A DNA stretch of 64,000 nucleotides from Squalus acanthias (taxonomy: Eukaryota). Below the pieces are notes generated by a model, which saw nothing but the letters and a program-made list of their open reading frames with translations, did not search any database and had not been told where the DNA came from. Every line of letters begins with the position of its first letter. Within the stretch, counting starts at the first letter, position 1. Positions 13,691 through 25,524 of this stretch are shown piece after piece. Location: assembly GCA_030390025.1 (NCBI GenBank), contig CM059433.1, positions 24,182,001 through 24,246,000 on the forward strand. Direction: 5' to 3'. Position numbers and translations under genes: made by a program.

Positions 13691-14779
13691 CAGATTCTCA
13701 GTACCTTTAGTTCTACTAGCCAATTGAAACTGCTTCAGCTGCGTTGCTGTCGATTTACTAGCTTTACATATGTCGGAGCAAGTTTCCATTTTCTGTTTTG
13801 GTTCTTGTGAAGGCTTCGTCCTCGTGCCATTGATCTGTGTCACAATAAATATCAAAGTCTGGGGCTCCAGAGGTTTAGGTGTGGAGATTCACTACATACC
13901 ACCTTTGCTTGATCAGGATTCGACCTTGACCGTTGAATATATATGGCATTTGTTCATTTTTCCAACACAAAATTGTTCTTCGCTGCTGAGAAAAAACTAA
14001 AAACCAGCAAGTATTCTCTGTCCTTTCTGGTCATTAGCGTAGCAGTTCTGACATGTTTTGGTTGTTTAATGGCTGATGTATTCTCATCAATGATCCAAAT
14101 TCTCCCAAACCTTCTCTAGTTGTGCTGAAAATGGCAGAATAACAGATTCACAGAACTGTACGGTGGCTGCATGCCCAACGACTAACAATTACATTTGTGT
14201 CTTGACTGTTATGGCTGTTTACAGTTTCATAGAGCAAGATACAGCCAAACACAAATGGTATCTGACCAAAGCAAAATACTGCGGATGCTGGAAATCTGAA
14301 ATTAAAGCAGAAAACGGTGGAAATACTCAGCAGGTCAGGCAGCATCTGTGGAGAGAGAGAAAAAGAGTTAACGTATCTGACCAGTTTAGAGCAATTGGGG
14401 GTGAATTTCGAATTGGGCGGGGATGCTAAACAGGCAGTATCACACGGGCCGCCCATTATACGCTCCACTTGATATCCAGCTCTATTGATGTCAATGGGGA
14501 GTATAACAGGTGGCCAATGCAGTCCCACTTGCACTACCACACAAGATGGACTAGCTGAAGAGCACATGGGGACGTAAGCAGCTGGATTTTCTGGTTTCAG
14601 ATGTTCTAATTCTTTCCTTCTGTATCTCTTTTTTTTTGTAATATTCTGGTAGATTCAGAGCTAATTACTTCCAATTCTGATCACGGGGCATTTGTCATTA
14701 AGTAAGGTTGATAACAAATAAGAAAAGACTTCAGGGCTTAAAAGCGTGCTCTTTATTGATCAGCCATTTCAATTAAACT

Positions 14780-15185
14780 ACATAGGAACAGGAGGAGGCC
14801 AGTCAGCCCCTCGAGCCTGTTCAGCCATTCAATGAGATCATGGATGATCTGTATCTTAACTCCATGTATCCGCCTTGGTTCCATAATCCTTAAAACCCTT
14901 GCCTAACAAAAATCTATCAATCTCAGTTTTGAAATTTCCAATTGACCCCCCCCCCCCCAGCCTCAACAGCTTTTTGCGGGAGAGACTTCCAGATTTCCAC
15001 TACCCTTTGTGTGAAGAAGTGCTTCCTGACATCACCCCTAAACAGCCTAGCTCTAATTCTGGACTCCCGCCACCAGAGGAAATAGTTTCTCTTTGTCTAT
15101 ATTCAAGGGAATTCAAGCCTAGTCTATGCAACCCGTCCTCATCATTTAAAGCCTTTTAGCCCCGGTATCATTCTGGTGAATGCCA
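14780..15185 (-). mobile_element. CR1 3'-end fragment with internal deletions
   Basis: CR1 3' terminus ggaacaggaggaggcc...gagcctg and C-terminal remnants. Confidence 0.75.
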
Positions 15186-15889
15186 CTGTTAATCATACAA
15201 ACACCTCCAAGTCAGAGGGAACAGTAAGGGACGTCCTGTACTGACTATGGATATAAAGTTACGCCAATATTGATACAGAGGCAGATCTTCAGTGTCACTA
15301 TGCGTCATAAAAGGCACGAGGGCCAACTCCAGATCATACACAGAACACACTGCACCCCATACAAGTTCCAGAAATGTCACCCCTCCCTACCAGATAACTG
15401 CATATACGCCAAGTTGCAAATGAGGGGAAGCTGATAACAGCTTCAAAAAATAGCATACAATTGAAAAACGGTCCAGGGTAAAGGCCTCTAACCAAGGTGC
15501 CTGCTTCAAGACAACTAAATACTGTAAGTTAAATCCCTTTATATTACATTGGATTTCAGGATATTTTTTTTGCACTGTGGAATTAGATTCTGCAATTCAG
15601 TTTATTTTTCTGTGAAACCTCAAAATCCAAAGGTCTCACATATGCTTTGTGCCCAATTGTCCACTTTTGGAGCACAGCTGTTCATGTGGGAACCTGGAAA
15701 ACAGGAACCTCTTGAACGCTCAGTGACTCACTCACTGCCAAATTGTTGCCGGTTTGTTTCTGCTTCTGAGCTGCCTTCCACCCGCCTTACATCATGTGCG
15801 TGTGTGTGTGTATGTGTGTGTGGGTGTGTAAATATGCGTGGGTGTGTAAATATTTGTGGGTGTGTAAATATGTGTGTGTGTATTCAGGT

Positions 15890-16412
15890 TAGAACATAAG
15901 AAATAGGAGCAGGAGCAGGTCATTCGGCCCCGCGAGCCTGCTCCGCCATTTAATGAGATCATGGCTGATCCGATTTTGGCCTCAACTCCACTTTCCTGCC
16001 CGCTCCCCATAACCCTTGACTTCCCCTGTTGCTCAAAAACCTATCTATCTCAGCCTTGAATATATTTAATGACTCAGCTAACTCTGGGGTAAAGAATTCC
16101 AAAGATTCACGACCCTCTGAGAGAAGAAATTCCTCCTCATCTCCGTCTTAAATGGGCGACACCTTATTCTGAGACTATGCCCCCTAGTTCTAGATTCCCC
16201 CACGAGGGGAAACATCCTCTCAGTATCTACCCTGTCCAACCCCCTCAGAATCTTATGTTTCAATAAGATCACCTCTCATTCTTCTAAACTCCAATTAGTA
16301 TAGGCTCAACCTGCTCAACCTTTCCTCATAAGACAACCCCTTCATCCCAGGAATCAACCTAGTGAACCTTCCCTGAACTGCCTCCAATGCAAGTATATCC
16401 CTCCTTAAATAA
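15890..16412 (-). mobile_element. CR1 3' fragment
   Basis: ORF 16078-16272 (RGLDRVD...FFSQRVVNLWNSLP); similar to 3100-3646. Confidence 0.88.
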
Positions 16413-16673
16413 GGGGTTATTTGCCAATCCTCCAGGACTTCCCTGAAGTTTCCTGGAATTGAAGAGTAAACTCCTGGACACAACCCGGGAGAAAAATCAT
16501 AGCGGCATTACAATAAAATTATTGTTTTTTTCATTATTTTTGAACACTTCTGTTATTAGTTATAGAAATATTGGAAATGGAAACTAAAGATGTTTGGCTG
16601 TGCAGAGCCGTTGGAGAGGGGAAGTCTTGTGATGAAGCCCCCAGGAATACATTCAGCCAGAGTTGGAAACCCT
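16412..16673. mobile_element. Probable hAT-type MITE
   Basis: Right end gttggaaacccta is the inverted counterpart of a degenerate left end agggg(ttat)ttgccaa. Confidence 0.45.
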
Positions 16674-16674
16674 A

Positions 16675-16860
16675 GTGTGTTTGTGTGTATGTGTGTTTGT
16701 ATGTTTGTGTGTATGTGTGTTTGTGCATGTGTGCGTGTGTTTGTGTGTATGTGCGTGTGCATGTGTGCGTGAGTGTTTGCACGCCTGTACACATGTTTGT
16801 GCGTGTGTGCATGTGCGCTTGTGTGTGTACGTGTGTGTGCGTGTGTGTGTTCATGTTTGT
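16675..16860. repeat. Imperfect (TG)n microsatellite; a smaller one lies at ~15795-15881
   Basis: Direct reading. Confidence 0.95.
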
Positions 16861-18250
16861 AAAAGGGCACAGGACTGGCTCCCACATCTCTCCCTGCGCT
16901 ACAAGTCTGAGAGCAGCCAGAAGGCCTTCACCTTCTAAGTTGGCCATGTGGAAAGAAAGAACTTACTTTCTGGCTGGGGCCAATAATTTGCATCCAGTCT
17001 GTACTCATGTTGGAGGATCTGAGCTGGCTGGGCACAAGGAATAAGGCCCACTGCTGGTGGGCGATGCTACACTGGGGGTCGACCAAGCGGAGCCTCAGGA
17101 AAATGATGTGCGAGGCGTGATGATGTCACCCCTGCCTAATTGCCATATTATTTCAATGCTTGCACCTGTTGTAGGTGTGAGCGTCCGCCGTTCCCTCAGG
17201 AAAACCCCACAGAAGTTCCCTGACAATGTAAAGGGGGCAGAGGCCTACCATCTCAGGTCTCCGGACTCTCCGCCCCTTTTTCTTCTCCTTTGTGCTCAGG
17301 GATTAAACGTTCTCCAGATGCTCGCCAGAGGAAAATCAGCCCTACAAAGGTTCATAAAGTATGTATGTGAATGTAAACTGTAAATGACACAGAAGTGAAA
17401 AATAAAAGAAGAAATGGTGTACATTATTTCAACAGATCTTTGACCAGGTGTCTGACAAAGGGACAATGACCTGTAAGAACCAATAAAAAGTTAGTTTCAT
17501 GAAAAATGTGGCCACTCACATGAATAAAAATTTACTGAAGGTAAAAGTCCCACAGTTCCAGCCTTCAAACTGAAAGCTAATTACAGAGGATAATCAACGG
17601 CGAAGTGTAACGGTCTATTTTAAACCAGACCAAAGCTTGGACGACAGGTTATTTTTGATAAAGTTCCACCGTTCCACCACTAAACTGACAAAATGTAATG
17701 CATGAAAATTAAAAAGAGGAAGTGGGAAGTATTATACCAGAGAAACTGACTGGGAGCCACTGCGCAGGATTAGGAAGAAGAACTAGAAAATAATCTGTTT
17801 CAAACCACATTAAAACAATGTTTCGCATGCACTGGTGCTATCAGTAGAGATAAAGCCAAGGTTGTCAAGCGAACGCATTCACCAAACAAAGGACACTCTT
17901 AGTGCAGAAAAGTTTAAGCAGGGCTGCAGGGGGAAGCAGTGACAAACGTGGCTGGAGCTGCAGCTGCACTCGGCCAGAGGTCCTTCCCGTCCAAAATGCA
18001 GGAAAGAAAATACGTGCTGCACAGCACAGAAAGCGTGTCATTACAAAAAAAAGGTTCTCATTCTTGTGTCACTAAAGTGAAAGAGGCTTTTTAATCCTTA
18101 CCGCTTTGCAGTTCGAGAGTTCACCCGTATTTTAACTTGACCTCGAACCTTTCTGTTCTCTTTTGAGGCTGAGAAACACATTTCCATCTTTTAATAAATA
18201 ACTGAATACTTGCTGTGTGGAATTCAGAGCAGTTCTGTTTTTAAGTTGTA

Positions 18251-19719
18251 CCCGCAGTGGATCCAAGTGGATTCCTGCCCGCTGTGGATCCAAGTGGATT
18301 CCTGCTCGCTGTGGATCCGGGTGGGATTCCAGCTCGCTGTGGATCCAAGTGGATTCCTGCTCGCTGTGGATCCGGGTGGATTCCAGCTTGCTGTCGATCT
18401 GGGTGGATTCCTGCCCGCTGTGGATCGGGTGGGATTCCAGCTCACTGTGGATCCAAGTGGATTCCAGCTCACTGTGGATCCGGGTGGATTCCTGCCCACT
18501 GTGGATCCAAGTGGATTCCAGCTCACTGTGGATCCGGGTGGATTCCTGCCCACTGTGGATCCAAGTGGATTCCTGCCCGCTGTGGATCCGGGTGGGATTC
18601 CTGCCCGCTGTGGATCCGGGTGGGATTCCAACTCACTGTGGATCCAAGTGGATTCCTGCCCACTGTGGATCCAAGTGGATTCCTGCCCACTGTGGATCCG
18701 GGTGGATTCCTGCCCGCTGTGGATCCAAGTGGATTCCTGCCCACTGTGGATCCGGGTGGATTCCTGCCCGCTGTGGATCCAAGTGGATTCCTGCCCACTG
18801 TGGATCCGGGTGGATTCCTGCCCACTGTGGATCCAAGTGGATTCCTGCCCGCTGTGGATCCGGGTGAGATTCCAGCTCGCTGTGGATCCGGGTGAGATTC
18901 CAGCTCGCTGTGGATCCGGGTGGGATTCCTGCCCGCTGTGGATCCGGGTGGATTCCTGCCCGCTGTGGATCCGGGTGGATTCCTGCCTGCTGTGGATCCG
19001 GGTGGATTCCACCTCACTGTGGATCCGGGTGGGATTCCTGCCCGCTGTGGATCCGGGTGGATTCCTGCCCGCTGTGGATCCGGGTGGATTCCTGCCTGCT
19101 GTGGATCCGGGTGGATTCCAGCTCGCTGTGGATCCGGGTGGGATTCCAGCACGCTGTGGATCCGGGTGGGATTCCAGCTCGCTGTGGATCCGGGTGGGAT
19201 TCCAGCTCGCTGTGGATCCGGGTGGGATTCCAGCTCGCTGTGGATCCGGGTGGGATTCCAGCTCGCTGTGGATCCGGGTGGGATTCCAGCTCGCTGTGGA
19301 TCCGGGTGGGATTCCAGCTCGCTGTGGATCCGGGTGGGATTCCAGCTCGCTGTGGATCCGGGTGGGATTCCAGCTCGCTGTGGATCCGGGTGGGATTCCA
19401 GCTCGCTGTGGATCCGGGTGAGATTCCAGCTCGCTGTGGATCCGGCTGGGATTCCAGCTCGCTGTGGATCCGGGTGGGATTCCAGCTCGCTGTGGATCCG
19501 GGTGGGATTCCAGCTCGCTGTGGATCCGGGTGGGATTCCAGCTCGCTGTGGATCCGGGTGGGATTCCAGCTCGCTGTGGATCCGGGTGGGATTCCAGCTC
19601 GCTGTGGATCCGGGTGGGATTCCAGCTCGCTGTGGATCCGGGTGGGATTCCAGCTCACTGTGGATCCGGGTGGGATTCCAGCTCGCTGTGGATCCGGGTG
19701 GGATTCCAGCTCACTGTGG
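18251..19719. repeat. Minisatellite, ~53 units of 27-28 bp (consensus GCTGTGGATCCGGGTGGGATTCCAGCTC)
   Basis: Direct tandem repetition without spacers; GGATCC in nearly every unit. Confidence 0.97.
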
Positions 19720-21133
19720 TGCCTGCCTCAATTCCCCAGGTCAGGTTTTTTAAATATTCTATCTGGACACCCATGTGTGTAGCTACGGATCAGAGGCACC
19801 TGCCCTGCTGAAGAGGCAGATGTCGGAGCGGATCCCTGTCCCTCTGAAAGGGGGAACGCCAGGCCTGCAACAGGCCAAAGAGTAGTTGTTAAAAAAGATT
19901 TATCAGGGAGCATAGGGTCAGCTTTATAAAGGTAATTGATCCCTCTGCTCTGCTGGGACAAGCTGGGTACAATTCCTAGGGTAACCGAGGAATGCCCATA
20001 AACACCCCCAAAAATTCAATTGTGTCGTAATAAGGGCAGTCTTAAGAAGCCCTCAGAGCACTGGGGAGATTAGAATTGAGGTAAACCAAGTGGATCTGAT
20101 TTCCGCCCGACATTGTAGCCCCACAGCTGGAATTGTGCTGCTCCCCACAACTGGAATTTCAACTTCGGGCCTTGATTTCATAGTATTTTTTTTTCGCAAA
20201 AAACGCACAGTTTTGTTCATGGAGATATTGTGCAACAAGGAGGAACCGGAAACAAAAAAATGAACAAAGCCGGGTGGGGAACCAAACCGAACCAAAACAG
20301 AGCTCAGCACTACTTACAAAAGATGCTTCAAGGGAGAGTGCAGCTGGCCAGCATTGTCCCTGCAGTCATCTGCATATTGAGTTCCTTATCTCAGCCTTGC
20401 CAGATATTTCCTGACGGTGAGAGTGGAAAATTTTCATCCACAGTCCCACAACTACCATCAGTTGATTTAAGAGCGGCATCGATAATAGGGCCAGGAGCAG
20501 ATCACAGGCCCTCTCTACTGTGGATGGTTTGAAGTGCAGGAAGACCCAAAAAGGGGGAGGGGAGGAAACAGCACAATGGCCAACAAATGCACCATTTCAG
20601 TGAGGTTCTATTAGAAATCAAGTGGAATAATTTAAAATGTCCTTTTTTTTAAACAAATAGCATGACAAACTGCACAGCACAACCCCAAATATTAACCGAG
20701 ATATTTTTCACATGTGGACCAATCTACTGTATATTTTTTTCAGCATCTTTTTGTTTCAGATTTCCAGGATTCACAGATTTTTTTTATCTAACAAGATATG
20801 CAATCTCAGTGCATTCAGGCAATATGATAAGCTGAAGCTTTGCCGTGCAAAAATGTTTCAAAAGAACATGTTGATTGTTACAAAAATTGGTGGTGGAAGT
20901 GATATGATACATAGTGGAAGTACAGTACGTACCTTGAACCTTGAAGGTCATTATCTTTATTATAAGTATCCGTCAAACTACAGTTGATAGCTCCACCTAA
21001 TTTTCCTACAACATTCGCAATGCTCTGTATTTTTGAACTTGCCTCCTACATCTGACTACTCAGTGAAGATTTTCAGAAAATAACACTATACCACTAAAAC
21101 ATTTAAGAGAAAGAAAGACTTGCATTTATAGAG

Positions 21134-22812
21134 TGATAGAGTCATAGAGCACAGAAAGAGGCCCTTCGGCCCATCGTGTCCGCGCCAGCCATCAAGCCCT
21201 GTCTATTTTAATCCCATTTTCCAGCACTTGGTCCGTAGCCTTGTATGCTATGGCGTTTCAAGTGCTCATCTAAATGCTTCTTGAATGTTGTGAGGGTTCC
21301 TGTCTCTACCACCCTCTGGGTGAAAAAGTTTTTCCTCAAATCCCCTCTAAACCTCCTGCCCCTTACCTTGAAACTATGCCCCCTGGTTATTGACCCCTCT
21401 ACTAAGGGGAAAAGTTCCCTTCTATCTACCCTATCTATGCCCCTCATAATTTTGTACACCTCAATCAGGTCCCCCCTCAGCCTTCTCTGCTCTAAGGAAA
21501 ACAACCCCAACCTGTCCAGTCTCTCTTCATAGCTGAAGTACTCCAGCCCAGGTAACATCCTGGTGAATCTCCTCTGCACCCTCTCCAATGCAATCACAGC
21601 GACCAGAACTGCACACAGTATTCCAGCTGTGGCCTAACTAGCGTTTTGTACAGCTCCATCATAACCTCCCTGCTCTTATATTCTATGCCTCGGCTAATGA
21701 AGGCAAGTATCCCATATGTCTTTTTAACCACCTTATCTACCTGTCCCGCTGCCTTCAGGGATCTATGTACATGCACGCCAAGGTCCCTCTGATCCTCTGT
21801 CCTTCCTAGGGTCCTACCATTCATTGTGTATTCCCTTACCTTGTTAGTCCTCCCAAAATGCATCACCTCACACTTTTCAGGGTTAAATTCCATTTGCCAC
21901 TGTTCTGCCCATCTGACCAACCCGTCTATACCATCCTGTAGCCTGAGGCTTCCCTCCTCGCTATTTACCACCCCACCAATTTTCGTGTCATCTGCAAACT
22001 TACTGATCATACCTCCTACATTCATATCTAAATCATTAATGTACACTACAAACAGCAAAGGACCCAGCACCAATCCCTGCGGTACACCACTGGACACAGG
22101 CTTCCAGTCACAAAAACAACCTTCGACCATCACCCTCTGCCTCCTGCCACTAAGCCAATTTTGGATCCAATGTGCCAAGTTGCCCTGGATCCCATGGGCA
22201 TTTACCTTCTTGACCAGTCTCCCATGCGGGACTTTGTCAAAAGCCTTACTGAAGTCCATGTAGACCACATCAACTGCACTACCCTCATCCACACACCTAG
22301 TCACCCCCTCAAAAAATTCAATCAAATTGGTCAGACATGATCTCCCCCTGACAAAGCCATGCTGACTATCCTTGATTAATCCTTGCCTCTCCAAGTGGAG
22401 ACTAATTCTGTCCCTCAGAATTTTTTCCAATAATTTCCCTACCACTGATGTTAGGCTCACTGGCCTGTAATTCCCTGGTTTATCCCTACTACCCTTCTTG
22501 AATAATGGCACTATGTTAGCTGTTCTCCAGTCCTCTGGCACCTCCCCTGTGGCCAGAGAGGTTCTGAAAATTTGTGTCAGAGCCCCTGCAATCTCCTCCC
22601 TTCCCTCACACAGCAGCCTGGGATACATCTCGTCTGGGCCTGGGGATTTATCCACTTTTAAGCCTGCTAAAACCGCGAGTACCTCCTCCCTCTCAATACT
22701 AATTTGTTCAAGTATATCACAATCCCCCTGCCTGATTTCTATGCCTACATCGTCCTTCTCCATAGTGAACACAAATGCAAAATATTCATTTAAAACCCCA
22801 CCTACATCTTCT
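21134..22812 (-). mobile_element. 5'-truncated CR1 LINE inserted into the tail of a Deu-SINE (21110-21133 plus 22815-23245)
   Basis: ORF 21594-22835 carries the RT domain and ORF 21208-21597 the C-terminus. SINE sequence resumes on both sides. Confidence 0.92.
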
Positions 22813-24235
22813 TTCATGACCACTGGACATCTCAAAGCACTTTACAGCCAATGAAGTAGTTTTTGGAGTGTAGTCACTGTTGTAATGTGAGAAACACAGC
22901 AGCCAATTGCACACAGCAAGCTCCCACAAAAAGCAATGTGATAATGACCAGATAATCTGTTTTTGTTATGTTGGTTGAGGGATAAATATTGGCCAGGACA
23001 CCCTCCCCTGCTCTTCTTCGAAATAGTGCCATGAGATCTTTTACATCCACCTGAGAGAGCAGACAGGGCCTCAGTTTAACATCTCATCTGAAAGACGGCA
23101 CCTTCTGACAGTGCAGCACTCCCTCAACACTACACTGGAGTGTCAGCCTAGATTTATTGTGCTCAAGTTCCTGGAGTGGGACTTGAACCCACAACCATTC
23201 TGACTCAGAGATAAGGGTGCTACCCACTGAGCCATAGCTGACACAATTTAAGAGAACAAACTGTGGGAGTTCTCAAAAATTAAACTTGAATGCCTGGTAG
23301 AGGAGGATTCGGACCTGTACTTGGAGCTCTTTGGCCAGGTTTTGAACGCCTGGACAGATTGGACGAGTTTTGTTACCTGGATGGCTCGTCAGGGTCCGAA
23401 GTGAAATCACTTCACTTGCTCTCAGTTGAGGCTTTAGCATAAAATTCACTTCTAATTGGGCAATTTCTCATCGAAAGATCATGAAATGAAAATGTCACCC
23501 TGATGAACTAAAAGGCCCGTTAAACACTGGTAGAGAAATGCGGGTGGAAATTGCGCAGCAGCGCAAAATGAGCGATAGCGAATCGGCAGCCCGTTTTACA
23601 CTCCGTCTAACTTCCTTTGCCAGTGAAATTAATTTCAGCGCCATGTTGCCATGGACATGCAGGAGCTCCACAGACGATGCATAGCACGGTGCTGCGGTAC
23701 GGAATCCAGAGAAACAGACTAAATATTTATTTGGAAGTCTACAGGCCGACCCACTAATGCTGCAGCCAGCTTTCCCCTCCTGCCTCACCAGCAGCTTTCC
23801 TGAGCCAGGCACCCCAAATCTGGCATTAATGGATTGGGCATCTGCCTGATGTAAAGTGGCCACGGGCCAGTGGCACAGCTGGTAGGTGAGCGGATGTTCT
23901 GCTCTGCCCAAGATCCACCCCCCAAAAAGGCCTCATTAGGAAATTCTGGGCCAACTCGTTTTTATTGCAAATAATAATATCGTGAGCAGCCATCTTCTCG
24001 GTTTCTGGGCTGCAGAGAAAATGTAGGCTGTGCGCACAGAACTAGAGAAGATGAGCATAAAATTAACATTAAATTAACCAGTGCCATTTTTCTCCACAAG
24101 CAGTGAATATACACAATAGACTGCCAACTAAAGCAGTTAATGTTGTGTCAATTATAACCTTTAGAAAAGAGCTAAATGAATAGCTGGTTAGGAAGAGGAT
24201 TAAGGGTTGTAAGGATAATTACAGATAGAGATAAT

Positions 24236-24660
24236 GCAACACGGTGGCATAGTGGTTAGCACTGGTGCCTCACAGCGCCAGAGACCCGGGTTCGAATCTG
24301 ACCTCGGGTGACTGTCTGTGTGGAGTTTGCACATTCTCCCCGTGTCTGCGTGGGTTTCCTCCGGGTGCTCCGGTTTCCTCCCACAGTCCAAAAATGTGTG
24401 GGTTAGGTTGATTTGGCTATGATAAATTGACCTTAGTGTTAGGGGGGATTAAATATGTGGGGTTATGGGGATAGGATGGGATATGTTAGGGGGAATTAAA
24501 TACGTGGGGTTACGGGGGTAGGGTGGGATATGTGTACTGTGGGGATTAAAGCAGGGACAGGGTACTGGATTTGGATGATCAGCCATGATCGTATTGAATG
24601 GCGGAGCAGGCTCGACGGGCCGAATGGCCTACTCCTGCTCCTAGATTCTATGTTTCTATA
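24236..24660 (+). mobile_element. HE1-like V-SINE (tRNA head, V domain, CR1-derived tail)
   Basis: Box A tggcatagtgg, box B ggttcgaatc, V-domain-like core gtgtggagtttgcacattctccccgtgtctgcgtgggtttcctccgggtgctccggtttcctccc, and a CR1 3' tail. Confidence 0.88.
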
Positions 24661-25524
24661 ATCAAATACTATGTGAAACACGATGGTCTTGAGCCACTGA
24701 GACCGTGGATATAGGCCAATCAAAACAGCCAGTCGAGAACATTTATTTTCCTTTCATAAGATTTTAACACCATAAAAATAGATTAACTGGCTTTTCAGCT
24801 CATTGCTGTTTGAAGGACACTGCTGGTGCAGAATGGCTGCTTTATTTGCCTACATAACAACAGTCACTGCAAAAGCACTTCATTCGGGGAGACTTCAACT
24901 TTTGGCTGGCCGACCGAGTTAGCCGGCCGCCCGTTCTGGGAGTGAAGAGGCCGGAGCTATTTTGAGGCCCAGGCCTCATTTCAATGGCGAGTTGCGGGCA
25001 CCAAATGGGCGGCTCGTCGGTTTTGGGGCCTGAGGAATCTTGGCGGGCTCCTACTCCAAGCTGGCCCACAGCTAAGTCCTGGGTAGGTGGGGAGGCGAGG
25101 TAGGGGGAGCTGAACCAGGCCCAGCAGTGGCTCACAGTATTTTTGTGGAACTGGGAGGACCATTCCTGCTCCTCCTGGCTCCACAGAAAATAGAAAGCGG
25201 AAAAGGTTTTGGGGCCCTTTAAGGACTGCTGCTTAGGTCGCTCAACTCCAGGGTAAACGCTGCTCTGTGTTAAATCGGGGTCCTAACTTGTCACAGGACT
25301 CTGATTGGAATAATCAAGATGACTACTGCCTGAAACAGATGGCAGCTCCAGCCACCCAAGGGAAGGCCCCTTTCAAAATCGTGGCAGCCAGAGGGTCAGC
25401 GTTAATGGGGCTGTAAGTCTATCAAACCCATTTTGTGGCCAGTACCTGCCTTTTAACGCCGATTTCAGCCAGTTAAAATCAGCTTGATTGGGTGAAATGC
25501 TTTGCGGTACTTTCGGAGAATTGT

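Noticed and set aside
13690..15575. Coding-looking unique sequence (13700-14250, 15189-15575; also 29497-29706)
   Set aside because: Short frames interrupted by stops, with no family similarity I can recognise.
16556..17044. His/Thr- or Cys/Val-rich ORFs
   Set aside because: These are translations of a (TG)n microsatellite.
18210..19811. Long ORFs (up to 403 aa) on both strands; superficially CRISPR-like periodicity
   Set aside because: These are products of a stop-free tandem repeat. There are no unique spacers and no cas genes, and the context is eukaryotic.
20318..21045. Possible minus-strand exons with good donors (ends at ~20933 and ~20318)
   Set aside because: Acceptors are weak, the 20318 segment has stops in all frames, and no peptide is recognisable.
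24241..24310. tRNA gene (also 53475-53549, 23170-23245, 27430-27500)
   Set aside because: Box A/B are present but are followed by SINE bodies and tails, so these are SINE heads.
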